From Anaeramoeba ignava BMAN (Eukaryota > Protista > Anaeramoebae), in NCBI GenBank assembly GCA_028826165.1, contig JAPDFW010000060.1, positions 505,624-569,623 of the forward strand: a stretch of DNA of 64,000 nt, read 5' to 3'. The translations under genes and the position numbers were made by a program. Positions 36,076-47,542 of this stretch are shown here, piece after piece (position 1 is the first letter of the stretch; each line of letters starts with the position of its first letter). The notes under the pieces were generated by a model. It saw only the letters and a list, made by a program, of their open reading frames with translations, was not told the origin of the DNA and made no database searches.

Positions 36076-36318
36076 TTTGGAATCTTTTTCTTTTTCTTTT
36101 TTTCTTTATCTTCTTTATCTTCTTTTATCTTTTTTTCAAATTAAAATCCAAAACGGAATCCAAAACGGAAAAAATTTTTTTTTTTTACCTTTTATATTGA
36201 AAGATTTTGGTTGATTTTTTCTTCAATTTTTTTAGATAATTCAATCAATTTATTTCTTTCTCTTTTTTCTTCTTCTTCCTTTTTTTTCTTTTTAATCAAA
36301 TTTTCATTTTTTAATTCT

Positions 36319-36792
36319 TCAATTTTTTTTCTGTAATTTTTCCTTTTCTTTTTTAAACAAAATTAGAGATTCATTTTCTTCTTTTTCCATATTTTCAATT
36401 TCTTGTTTAATTTTTTCCATTTCAATTTTTATTTGAGGAATTTCTTTTTTTTGGATTTGAAGAGAATTTTTTTGCATTTTGAGAATTTTTGAATTTGAAA
36501 AAATTTTTTCATTTTGATTATTTTGGAATTTTGATAAATTTTTTTCTGATTCTGAAAATTGAAATTGAAATTCTTTTTTAAGATAAATTAAGTTGTTTAA
36601 TAATTGATTTTTCTTTCTTCTCATTTTTTGGATCAATTGTTGATTTGTTTTATATTTTTTAATCTCCATTTCTAATTGATTTAAATTTTGATTAAATTGG
36701 TTTAAAATTCTATTTTCTTTTAAACAACAAAAATTGAATAAATTGGAATTTGTTTGATTTTCTTTTTCATTCCAAATTGTTTGATTTGACAT
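36319..36792 (-). CDS. Hypothetical coiled-coil protein
   Basis: 157-aa ATG-initiated K/E/Q/N-rich ORF, divergent from the adenylate kinase gene. The 3' end lies in homopolymers and may be frameshifted. Confidence 0.45.
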   Translation of the reverse strand: MSNQTIWNEKENQTNSNLFNFCCLKENRILNQFNQNLNQLEMEIKKYKTNQQLIQKMRRKKNQLLNNLIYLKKEFQFQFSESEKNLSKFQNNQNEKIFSNSKILKMQKNSLQIQKKEIPQIKIEMEKIKQEIENMEKEENESLILFKKEKEKLQKKN

Positions 36793-37065
36793 TTATTTTT
36801 GATTTTATGAATTAATGTAACAAAAAAAAAAAATAAAAATGATTTAATAAATTAAATGTTTTTTTTTGCTTTGTTTTTTTTTCTGAGAATTGACATTTAC
36901 ATTTTATTTTAAAAAGCAAAAAAAAAAAAGAGAACAAAAAGTGGAATGAAGAAAAAAAAATTTTTTAAATTTCTTAGTTGGAAAAATAAAGAGATGAATC
37001 ATTTTTTTTTTCATTTTTTTCATTTTTTTCATTTTTTAAAAAAAGAAAAAAAAAATAAATATAAA

Positions 37066-39813
37066 ATGGAATTTAAAAAATTTCTTAGTTTTCTTGGACC
37101 ACCAGGATGTGGTAAATAATAAAAATAAATAATAAATAATAAATAAGAACAGATAATAATTAAATTATTATATTATTAAAAACAGGAAAAGGAACACAAG
37201 CACCAAAAGTGACAGATAAATATCAACTTCAATTTCTTGTAAATTAATTAAAATTTATTTATTTATAAAATTTATTTATAAAATTTAAATTTAAATTTAT
37301 AAGTCAACTGGTGATGTTTTTAGACAAGCAATTAAAGATGAAACTGACTTAGGAAAAAAAGCAAAAGATTTTGTTTCAAATGGAAAATTAGTTCCTGATT
37401 CAATTGTAATTGATATGATTTCTGAGAGAATTTTTGAAGAAGTAAAAAAAACAGAAGGAATTTTATTTGATGGATTTCCTCGTACTTATACTCAAGCTAT
37501 TGCTCTTGATAAAATGTTACAGAAATTTAGAGCTCGTGTTCATGCTGTTATTAGTTTTGATGTTCCTGATTCTGTTTTATTTGAAAGAATTACTGGTAGA
37601 TTAACTCATATCCCTTCAGGTCGTACTTATCATAAAACTTTTAAACCTCCAAAAATTCCAATGAAAGATGATGTAATTTGATTTCTATATTTAAATATAT
37701 TTATTTAATTTAAATATTAATTAAATTTAAATATATTTATTGAATTTAAATATATTTATTAAATTTAAATATTTATTAAATTTAAATATATTTATTAAAT
37801 TTAAATATATTTATTTGGATTAAAATATATTTATTGAATTTAAATATATTTATTTGAATTTAAATATTTATTGAATTAAAGTATATTTATTAAATTTAAA
37901 TATATTTATTTGATTTAAATATATTTATTGAATTTAAATATATTTATTTGATTTAAAATATATTTATTGAATTTAAATATATTTATTTGATTTAAATATA
38001 TTTATTGAATTTAAATATATTTATTGAATTTAAATATATTTATTAAATTTAAAATATATTTATTGAATTTAAATATATTTATTAAATTTAAATATTTATT
38101 TGAATTTAAATATTTATTGAATTTAAATATTTATTGAATTAAAATATATTTATTAAATTTAAAATATATTTATTAAATTTAAATATATTTATTTTGGATT
38201 TAAATATATTTATTTGAATTTAAATATATTTATTAAATTTAAATATATTTATTAAATTAAAAATATATTTATTAAATTTAAATATATTTATTAAATTTAA
38301 AATATATTTATTAAATTTAAATATATTTATTGAATTTATATATATATTTATTAAATTAAAATATATTTATTAAATTTAAAATATATTTATTAAATTTAAA
38401 TATATTTATTGAATTTAAAATATATTTATTAAATTTAAATATATTTATTAAATTTAAATATATTTATTAAATTTAAATATATTTATTAAATTTAAATATA
38501 TTTATTGAATTAAATTAAAATTTTAAATATATTTATTAGATTAAAATATATTTATTAAATTTAAATACATTTATTTGATTTAAATATATTTATTGAATTT
38601 AAATATATTTATTTTGGATTTAAAATATATTTATTTGGATTTTAAATATATTTTATTGAATTTAAATATATTTATTTAAATTTAAATATATTTATTGAAT
38701 TTAAAATATTAAATTAAATTTAAATATATTTATTGAATTAAAATATATTTATTGGAATTTAAAATATATTTATTAAATTTAAATATATTTATTAAATTTA
38801 AATATATTTATTAAATTTAAATATATTTATTAGATTTAAAATATATTTATTAAATTTTAAAACATTAATTGAATTTAAATATATTTATTAAATTAAAATA
38901 TATTTATTAAATTAAAAATACATTTATTAAATTAAAATACATTTATTAAATTTAAATATATTTATTTGAATTAAAATATATTTATTAAATTTAAATATAT
39001 TTATTAGATTAAAATACATTTATTAAATTTAAATACATTTATTAAATTTAAATATATTTATTAAATTAAAAATATATTTATTAAATTTAAATATATTTAT
39101 TTTTAATTAAAAATATTTATTGAATTAAAATATATTTATTAAATTTAAAATATATTTATTAAATTTAAATACTTATTGAATTTAAATATATTAATTAGAT
39201 TTAAAAATATATTTATTAAATTAAAAATATTTATTGAATTTAAATATATTAATTAAATTTAAATATTAATTAAATTTAAATATATTTATTAAATTAAAAA
39301 ATACATTTATTGAATTTAAATATTTATTAAATTTAAATATATTTATTAAATTAAAATATATTTATTGAATTTAAATATATTTATTAAATTTAAATATATT
39401 TATTAAATTTAAATATATTTATTGAATTTAAATATATTTATTAAATTTAATATATTTATTAAATTAAAAAATATTTATTGAATTTAAATATATTTATTAA
39501 ATTAAAATATATTTATTATATTAAAATATATTTATTTGAATTTAAATATATTTATTGAATTTAAATATTTATTTGAATTAAAATATATTTATTTGAATTT
39601 AAATATTTATAGGTTACAGGAGAAGATTTAGTTCAAAGAAAAGATGATACACCAGAATATTTAACTAGAAGATTAAAAGAATTTCATGAAAACGCTGATT
39701 TAATCAAAGATCATTACAGAAAATTAGGAGTACTTATTTCTGTTAATGCAAATCAATCAATTAATTCAGTTACAAATGAAGTTTTAACTTCAATTAATAA
39801 ATTACTTAAATAA
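37066..39813 (+). CDS. Adenylate kinase (long-LID, AK2-like); exons 37066-37111, 37186-37238, 37304-37672, 39613-39813
   Basis: P-loop GPPGCGKGTQA, LSTGDVFR, GKLVPD, FDGFPRT, LID RITGRLTHIPSGRTYH...KDDVTGEDLVQRKDD. Confidence 0.95.
37685..39610. repeat. Intronic ~19-bp minisatellite (AAATTTAAATATATTTATT)n, about 1.9 kb
   Basis: Occupies nearly all of adenylate kinase intron 37673-39612. Confidence 0.92.
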
Positions 39814-40262
39814 TTGAAATGGTTTTAATCAATTTGATGAAATAATTCCCAAAAACAAAAAAAAGCAAAACGTCCACTTTTATTTTCTACTTTTTCTATT
39901 CCCTTTTCTTTCAGTTAAAAAATTAATTAATTTCAAAATAAAATTTAAAAAGAGAAAAAAAGAAAAAAAAAATTTTTAATTTTAATTTTTTCATTTTTTT
40001 TTTCATTTTTTTTTATTATAAAAAAAGTAAAATTTTAAATATAATTAAATATACTTTTTGGTTGTGATGATTAACTTAAAAAGAGAAACTTAAAAAACTC
40101 TTGTTTTTAAGATGTTTTTGTTTCAATGAAATCTTTTTTTTTGTCATAGTTAAACTGAACCAAAATAAATTTAAAAACAAAAACAAAAAAATAATTTTTT
40201 TTTTTAAATTTTTTTTTTTCATTTTTTTCATTTTTATTGAAGGGAAAATAAGAGAAACAAAA

Positions 40263-42099
40263 ATGGAAGATAGTTCAAATTTAGAAATTGGTCAAGTTGT
40301 CGATTTTACATCACACAAAGGAATAATTTATAGAGGAACGATTGCACAAAAAATTCAAGATGAAAGAAAAGTTATTTTAGAACAAGGTTTGTTTTAATAA
40401 ATTTTTTTCTTTCTTTTATAAAAAAAAGAAGAAAGAGGAAAAAAAAAATAAATTCAAAATTAAATTTAAAATTAAATTCAAAATAAAATTCAAAATTAAA
40501 TTTAAAATTAAATTCAAAATTAAATTCAAAATTTAAAATTAAATTCAAAAATAAATTAAAAATTAAATTCAAAATAAAATTTAAAATTAAATTCAAAATT
40601 AAATTCAAAATTAAATTCAAAATTAAATTCAAAATTAAATTTAAAAATAAATTCAAAATTAAATTTAAAATTAAATTTAAAAATTAAATTTAAAATTAAA
40701 TTCAAAAATAAATTTAAAATTAAATTCAAAATTAAATTCAAAAATTAAATTTAAAATTAAATTCAAAATTAAATTCAAAATTAAATTCAAAATTAAATTC
40801 AAAATTAAATTCAAAATTAAATTCAAAATTAAATTTAAAATTGAATTCAAAATCAAATTCAAAATTAAATTCAAAATTAAATTTAAAATTAAATTCAAAA
40901 TTAAATTCAAAATTAAAAATAAATTCAAAAATAAATTTAAAATTAAATTCAAAATTAAATTCAAAATTAAATTCAAAATTAAATTCAAAATTAAATTCAA
41001 AATTAAATTCAAAATTAAATACAAAATTAAATTCAAAATTCAAAATTAAATTCAAAATTCAAAATTAAATTTAAAATTAAATTTAAAAATAAATTTAAAA
41101 TTAAATTCAAAAATAAATTTAAAATTAAATTCAAAATTAAATTTAAAATTAAATTCAAAAATAAATTTAAAATTAAATTCAAAATTAAATTCAAAATTTA
41201 AAAATAAATTAAAATTTAAAAATTAAAATTAAAAATTTGCTATTTTTTTTCAATATGAAAAAATAGTCAGCATAATGGGAAACCAAAATGGTCCAATTCA
41301 AAATTCAACGATTTATCCTCGAGTTTCTTTTGGAATAGACCAACTATTAGAAATTCAAGTCATTAAACAACCAACAGGAAATGAAATACTACAACAACAA
41401 CAACTTGAAATTGAATCAATTCCAGAAACAAATCAAACAAAGGAAAAAGAACATAAAAAAAAAACACATTCTAAAGTACACACAAAAAAAACGAAAGTAA
41501 AAAAACAACAAGAACCAAAAAAAGAATTTGAAGAAAATTCAATGAATCAATATCAATATCCAAATCAATATCCAAATCAATATCCAAATCAAGATCAATA
41601 TCCAAATCAATTTTCAGATCAATATCCAAATCAAGATCAATATCAAGATCAATATTCAAATCAATTTTCAGATCAATATCGATTTTCAGATCAATATTCA
41701 AATCAATATTCAAATCAATATCAAAATCAAAATCAAAATCAAAATCAAAGCCAAGAAAAAACCCAAAATCAAAATCAAGATGAAAAAGAATCAAAACAAG
41801 AATATTATAATCCAAATAATTTTTTTGATAAAATTTCCAAAGAAAAAAACTTTAAAAAAAAATCAACTCGTCAAGAAACAATGGAAAGAAGAAAATTAGA
41901 TGAAGAAACATTTGGTCCTACTCCAAATAGATTTTCTAGACAACAAATTGCTCCTCGACAAAAACATGTTTGGAGATATAAAAATACTCAAAATCAAGGT
42001 TATCAAAGAAGAAATAATCAATTTAATAGATCTTTCCGTTCAAATCCAAATCATTCTTACAATCCTAATAAATTCTTTAATTCTTTTGATCAAAATTAA
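40263..42099 (+). CDS. LSM14/Scd6/RAP55-like mRNA decay protein; exons 40263-40386, 41267-42099
   Basis: N-terminal Lsm-like fold (IGQVVDFTSHKGIIYRGTI...VILEQVSIMG...IYPRVSF), FFD box YNPNNFFDKIS and TFG box ERRKLDEETFG. No clear FDF motif. Confidence 0.78.
40445..41235. repeat. Intronic 12-bp minisatellite (AAATTAAATTCA)n
   Basis: Fills intron 40387-41266. Confidence 0.9.
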
Positions 42100-42400
42100 A
42101 TCGGATGATTGATTTTTTTTTTGTTTTTTTTTTATCAAAAATCATCAGGAAAAAAATATCTTTTCTTTAAAAACAAAATTCAGAATTCAAAACAATTAAA
42201 TTCAAAATTAAATACAAAATTAAATTCAAATTCAAAACAATTAAATTCAAAATTAAATTAAATTCAAAATTCAAAATTAAATTCAAAATTCAATTCAAAA
42301 TTCAAAATAAAATTCAAAATAAAAATCATTTTTTTCATTTTTTTCATTTTTTTCATTTTGTTTTTTTTTTCTTTTTCTTTTTGTTTTTAAATTGTTAATA

Positions 42401-45400
42401 ATGAACTTTTTAAAAAAAAGAAAAATTGAAGAAAATAATTCAAAAAATAATTTAAAAAATAAAAAAGAAATAAATAATAAATCTCCAACAGAAAATATTT
42501 TTGAAAAAGAAATGGCATTTATGATTTTAGGAATACCAACATTAATTGCATACTTTTCAATTTGTGGAAAAACAACATTTATAATTTACATTTTAGCATT
42601 CATTTTAATAACAATAAAAAAATTTATGAATGAAAACACAAAGGATTACTGGATAATTTGGGGAGCAACAATTTTATCAATAATAATGCTGCAAATATCA
42701 GCAAGATTTAGATTAATTTCAAGATCATGGATTAATATGATAATGAGTTGGAATCTTTTTTGTTTTTCTTTAATTTTTGCAACTTTCATTTCAGTTCAAA
42801 ACAAACAATTCAATAACAGAATTCATCCACATTTTATTCTTGCAATAAAAAATGCAATAATAGCTGCTTTTCCTATGTCAAGTTCTGTTATTCTTGCATG
42901 GTCATTAAGCGCAATTTCTAGTCTTCAATACTCTCCGTTTTATTTGCATTTTTTTCTTTCTTTAAATTGCATTCTTTATTCAAGGCAAGATTTAAGTCTA
43001 AATATTGTTTCAGATTCACTCAATAAATTTGAAAATCCTGAAGATGAAAAAGTAAACTCACAAAACAATATGAATATTAATATTAATATGAATACTCACA
43101 AAAAGAATGAGGAAACATTTGATAACCAAGAAATCACACAAATTCATCACCAAAAAAATATCGAAAAGGAAAAAGCTTCAAAAATCACAAAACGTTTCCA
43201 TTCGATTGCACTTCTTTTATTCCCAACCTTAATCTATCTTTCTTTATTTCATAAAAAAATTATGGATTTGGATCATTTGGCAAATAGTATTTTATTACTA
43301 TCTTCTGGATTTCTCGTGGCAATATTCACAAGAAACCTCTGCACAACATTCGCACCAATAACGAAGATGGTTTTGTTTTCTGCGAGTATTTTCTTGTTGA
43401 CTACCTCTTTATTGTTTTTGTTTGCCAAAAATTTTCACACTTTGCGAGATCTAGTTTTTTTGTCATTACTTTTCTATTCAATTTCAGGGGTTGTTTCGCT
43501 ACATATATGGCAAATAAACATTGAGGGATTAATTCGCAAGAAAAATTTCAATGTGTCTTTCCATACTTTGGTGCTATGTATTGTGTTTTCGATCACACGT
43601 CTTCTGTTTTTCCCTTGGATTCTTGTCACATCCTCATTGGTGGCAAGTTTTCTCATCTCGACCTATTATTTCAGGCGTCAGATGAAACACTATGCAATCT
43701 TTCTTGCTTCAGTCTTGATTACAAGCTTCTGGATCATCAGAAAAACCCTTTGGTTTATTGATTACAATTTCGCATTGTTGGGAATTAGTATGCAAACAGT
43801 CTCAATTGTGCTGTTTCTTCTCATGACCATTCTTGCAGTATCTGTGCCCCAACTTTCATCAAACAGAGAAACGACCCAAGATCAAATGCGTGTGTGTGCA
43901 TTTGCGCTTCCAGGTCAATTCGCCGGTTTTTTAATCTTCATCCATTCTGTCGGAATGCTTTTTCTTGAGTTTCTTCTCTATTCCGAATTCCGCAGCAACT
44001 CTGCAATCCAACATATCCACTCTTCCAAAATTTTGAGCGCAATAAATCTTATCAAGACAATATTCGACATAAGTCACTTTTCTTCTTCCTTGCTTTTGTT
44101 CGACATTCTATTCGCTTTTGCGGTTATGATCAAACTCAAAAATAAGCTCAACCCGCGCTTGTTCCGTTTGACAATCACATCTGTTCTTTGCAAGTTCTTG
44201 ATCCCGCTTCATAGTTACTTACAAGTTCATCCTTTTCATCTTGTTTTTCCTTTCGCCATTTTCGTTTTCTTGTTTCTTGAATTAAATAGTGTTAAAAAAA
44301 CACCCCCAAATGACCCCGAACAAAACAATCCCCTAATTTTTTTTATTCGCACAAATCCCAAATTACAAAACGACATGCGCATAATTTTGGAGTTTTCTTT
44401 TCTGTTTGGCGTCTTTCTCATCACCTCTTTTTGGTTCATTTTTATGTCAGAATTTTTCTCTTCAATTTCACAAACTTTCTTGTGCTCTTTAACATGCGCA
44501 TCTCTAGCCTCACTTCCTTTATCTTTCAAACACTCATTCTCAATGGCTCTAAAAAGGATCAACATTTCTTCCATCATCTTGACAAGTTTCTTACTGTATA
44601 TCAATCCGGATCTATCTCTGGATATTTCGCATAGCGTGGTTTGGTTCTTGCTTGTCTCCGTTTTTCTTTTCTTGCTTTCAATCACTTCGGTTGCAAACAT
44701 AAAAACCTCTCCACTCATCCAATTTTTATTTGCTCTTTCATTGGGCAGCGCCATTGGAACATTTCTCGCTGATTTGATCCAAAAAGATGTCTCTTCCTCC
44801 TCTTTTGCAGAAACGTTGTATTTCCCTCAAAACCAATGGGGAGCATTATCGATCCAAATTATTTACAGTGTTTCTTTTGCTTGTGCGATTGAGATTATTC
44901 TTCTGATTATGTACAACCTCCAAATCGACACCTCTATCCCAGTTGTGTCTCAATCACGAATCATATCACTCCAGTTCCAAAACAGATCCGCAATTTATGC
45001 TCTTTGGGTTTTGTTTTCTTTATTTTTCTCGATTCCGTTCTCGATATTTCTCTTCTTCCCATTTTCATCATTCAAGTTGAACACATCCCTGCTGTTCACA
45101 ATCCTCACAATCTCCATTTCGCTTTTTATCAAAATCAAAATCTATCTAGTAACGTGGATATATGAAGAAACAAACCCTGAAAAAATAGTTGAATTGGCAA
45201 ACACAAAAAAATCGAGATTGGGTGATCATTTCCCATTTTCGGAACTTTTTCTGGTTCGGGACTTCCATTTTCTTATAATGACCTTAAATATCTTTGTTCT
45301 GATTAGTTTCATCTCTCTTTGCGCGCTTTCTTGGGTTTTGGATTGGAGTGATTTGACTATTTTTGCCTTTTCTTTGTTGCTTCTTTTGCTGAGTCGCGAT

Positions 45401-45769
45401 CCAAAGTACTTGATTCAATTATCAGAACAGAACAGGTTTTTTCCGTCAGTTTTAGGTGTTGTTTCCTTTCTGATTTTCCGTTCTTTTTCTTGGATTTTCT
45501 CGTTCAATATTTTGTCATTGAATTTTGTGAAAGAATTGCTATTTTTGTTAATTGTTGCTTTCCAAAGTGTGAAAAATGGCACTTTTTTTCTTTTACCTTT
45601 TGATAATCTTTCATTTTTTTGGTGGATTTTAATGCCTTTTAATTTCTTGTGTTTTCTTTTTGGGATTGTTAAATCAACAAGAATTCTTGGGATGATGAAT
45701 ATTGGATTTGGATTATATATGATTTTTACTCGAAAATTTCGAAATGAAAAAGGAATGAAAAAATTGTGA
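42401..45769 (+). CDS. Large polytopic membrane protein, NO EXINE FORMATION 1 (NEF1)-like, intronless
   Basis: 1122 aa from the ATG with more than 20 hydrophobic segments. ISVQNKQF..HPHFILAIKNAIIAAFP, FWIIRKTLWFID and TIFAFSLLLLLLSRD...EQNRFFP resemble plant NEF1 as I recall it; not verified by search. Confidence 0.65.
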   Translation: MNFLKKRKIEENNSKNNLKNKKEINNKSPTENIFEKEMAFMILGIPTLIAYFSICGKTTFIIYILAFILITIKKFMNENTKDYWIIWGATILSIIMLQISARFRLISRSWINMIMSWNLFCFSLIFATFISVQNKQFNNRIHPHFILAIKNAIIAAFPMSSSVILAWSLSAISSLQYSPFYLHFFLSLNCILYSRQDLSLNIVSDSLNKFENPEDEKVNSQNNMNININMNTHKKNEETFDNQEITQIHHQKNIEKEKASKITKRFHSIALLLFPTLIYLSLFHKKIMDLDHLANSILLLSSGFLVAIFTRNLCTTFAPITKMVLFSASIFLLTTSLLFLFAKNFHTLRDLVFLSLLFYSISGVVSLHIWQINIEGLIRKKNFNVSFHTLVLCIVFSITRLLFFPWILVTSSLVASFLISTYYFRRQMKHYAIFLASVLITSFWIIRKTLWFIDYNFALLGISMQTVSIVLFLLMTILAVSVPQLSSNRETTQDQMRVCAFALPGQFAGFLIFIHSVGMLFLEFLLYSEFRSNSAIQHIHSSKILSAINLIKTIFDISHFSSSLLLFDILFAFAVMIKLKNKLNPRLFRLTITSVLCKFLIPLHSYLQVHPFHLVFPFAIFVFLFLELNSVKKTPPNDPEQNNPLIFFIRTNPKLQNDMRIILEFSFLFGVFLITSFWFIFMSEFFSSISQTFLCSLTCASLASLPLSFKHSFSMALKRINISSIILTSFLLYINPDLSLDISHSVVWFLLVSVFLFLLSITSVANIKTSPLIQFLFALSLGSAIGTFLADLIQKDVSSSSFAETLYFPQNQWGALSIQIIYSVSFACAIEIILLIMYNLQIDTSIPVVSQSRIISLQFQNRSAIYALWVLFSLFFSIPFSIFLFFPFSSFKLNTSLLFTILTISISLFIKIKIYLVTWIYEETNPEKIVELANTKKSRLGDHFPFSELFLVRDFHFLIMTLNIFVLISFISLCALSWVLDWSDLTIFAFSLLLLLLSRDPKYLIQLSEQNRFFPSVLGVVSFLIFRSFSWIFSFNILSLNFVKELLFLLIVAFQSVKNGTFFLLPFDNLSFFWWILMPFNFLCFLFGIVKSTRILGMMNIGFGLYMIFTRKFRNEKGMKKL

Positions 45770-45799
45770 AAAAGAAATAAGAAAACAATTTATTTTTGC

Positions 45800-47240
45800 A
45801 ATAAATTTTAAATAAAATAAAAAGTGGAATAAATTTTAAATAAATTTTAAATAAATTATAAATAAATTTTAAATAAATTATAAATAAATTTTAAATAAAT
45901 TTTAAATAAATTTTAAATAAATTTTAAATAGATTTTAAATTAATTAAAAAGTGGAATGAAAAGTGGAATAGATTTTAAATAAATTATAAATAAATTTTAA
46001 ATAAATTTTAAATTAATTAAAAAGTGGAATAAATTTTAAATAAATTTTAAATAAATTATAAATAAATTATAAATAAATTTTAAATAAATTTTAAATAAAT
46101 TATAAATAAATTTTAAATAAATTTTAAATTAAATAAAAAGTGGAATGAAAAGTGGAATAAATTATAAATAAATTTTAAATAAAATATAAATAAATTTAAA
46201 TAATTTTTAAATAAATTTTAAATAAATTTTAAATAAATTTTAAATAAATTTTAAATAAATAATAAATAAATTTTAAATGAATTATAAATAAATTTTAAAT
46301 AAATTTTAAATAAATTTTAAATAAATAATAAATAAATTTTAAATTAATTATATAAATAAATTTTAAATAAATTTTAAATAAATTTTAAATGAATTATAAA
46401 TAAATTTTAAAATAAATTTTAAATAAATTTTAAATAAATTTTAAATAAATTTTAAATTAATTATATAAATATATTTTAAATAAATTTTAAATAAATTATA
46501 AATAAATTTTAAATAAATTATAAATAAATTATAAATAAATTTTAAATAAATTTTAAATAAATTTTAAATAAATTTTAAATAAATTATAAATAAATTATAA
46601 ATAAATTTTAAATTAAATAAAAAGTGGAATGAAAAGTGGAATTAATTTTAAATAAATTTTAAATAAATTTTAAATAAATTTTAAATAAATTTTAAATAAA
46701 TTTTAAATAAATTTTAAATAAATTATAAATAAATTTTAAATTAATTATAAAAATAAAAAGTGGATTAAATTATAAATAAATTTTAAATAGATTTTAAATA
46801 AATTTTAAATAAATTTTAAATAAATTTTAAATAAATTTTAAATAAATTTTAAATAAATTTTAAATTAATTCTAAATTAAATAAAAAGTGGAATAAATTAT
46901 AAATAAATAAAAAAGTGGAATGAAAAGTGGAATAAATTTTAAATAAATTATAAATAAATTTTAAATAAATTTTAAATAAATTTTAAATAAATTTCAAATA
47001 AAATAAAAAAGTGGAATAAAAAGTGGAATAAAAAGTGAAATAGATTTTAAATAAATTATAAATAAATTTTAAATTAAATAAAAAGTGGAATAAATTTTAA
47101 ATAAATTTTAAATAAATTTTAAATAAATTTTAAAAAATAAAAAAGTGGAATGAAAAGTGGAATAGATTTTAAATAGATTATGAATTAAAATATAAATAAA
47201 TTTAAATAAATTATAAATTAAATAAAAAGTGGAATGAAAG
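45800..47240. repeat. Intergenic 11-bp minisatellite (TAAATTTTAAA)n with interspersed AAAAGTGGAAT units
   Basis: Directly visible. Confidence 0.9.
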
Positions 47241-47407
47241 AATTTTTTTTGTTTATTTTTAATTAAAGATCAAAAAAAATAAAAAAAGATAAGATTGATG
47301 GTGAATTATTCTCTTTAAAAAAAAATAAAAAAAAACAAAATAAATTAAACAATTAAATTCCATTTTTTTCATCAAACAAATCATTTTTTAGAAAGAAAAA
47401 AAAGAAA

Positions 47408-47478
47408 ATGAAAAGAAAACAATTGATAATTTTAATAATACTTTTAACCATTTTAATAATAAAAACAAAAATAAATGA

Positions 47479-47542
<64 letters not shown>

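Noticed and set aside
45800-47240. AAAAGTGGAAT motifs as CRISPR or telomeric repeats
   Set aside because: The intervening DNA is itself repetitive, spacing is irregular, and the array lies internally between two genes.
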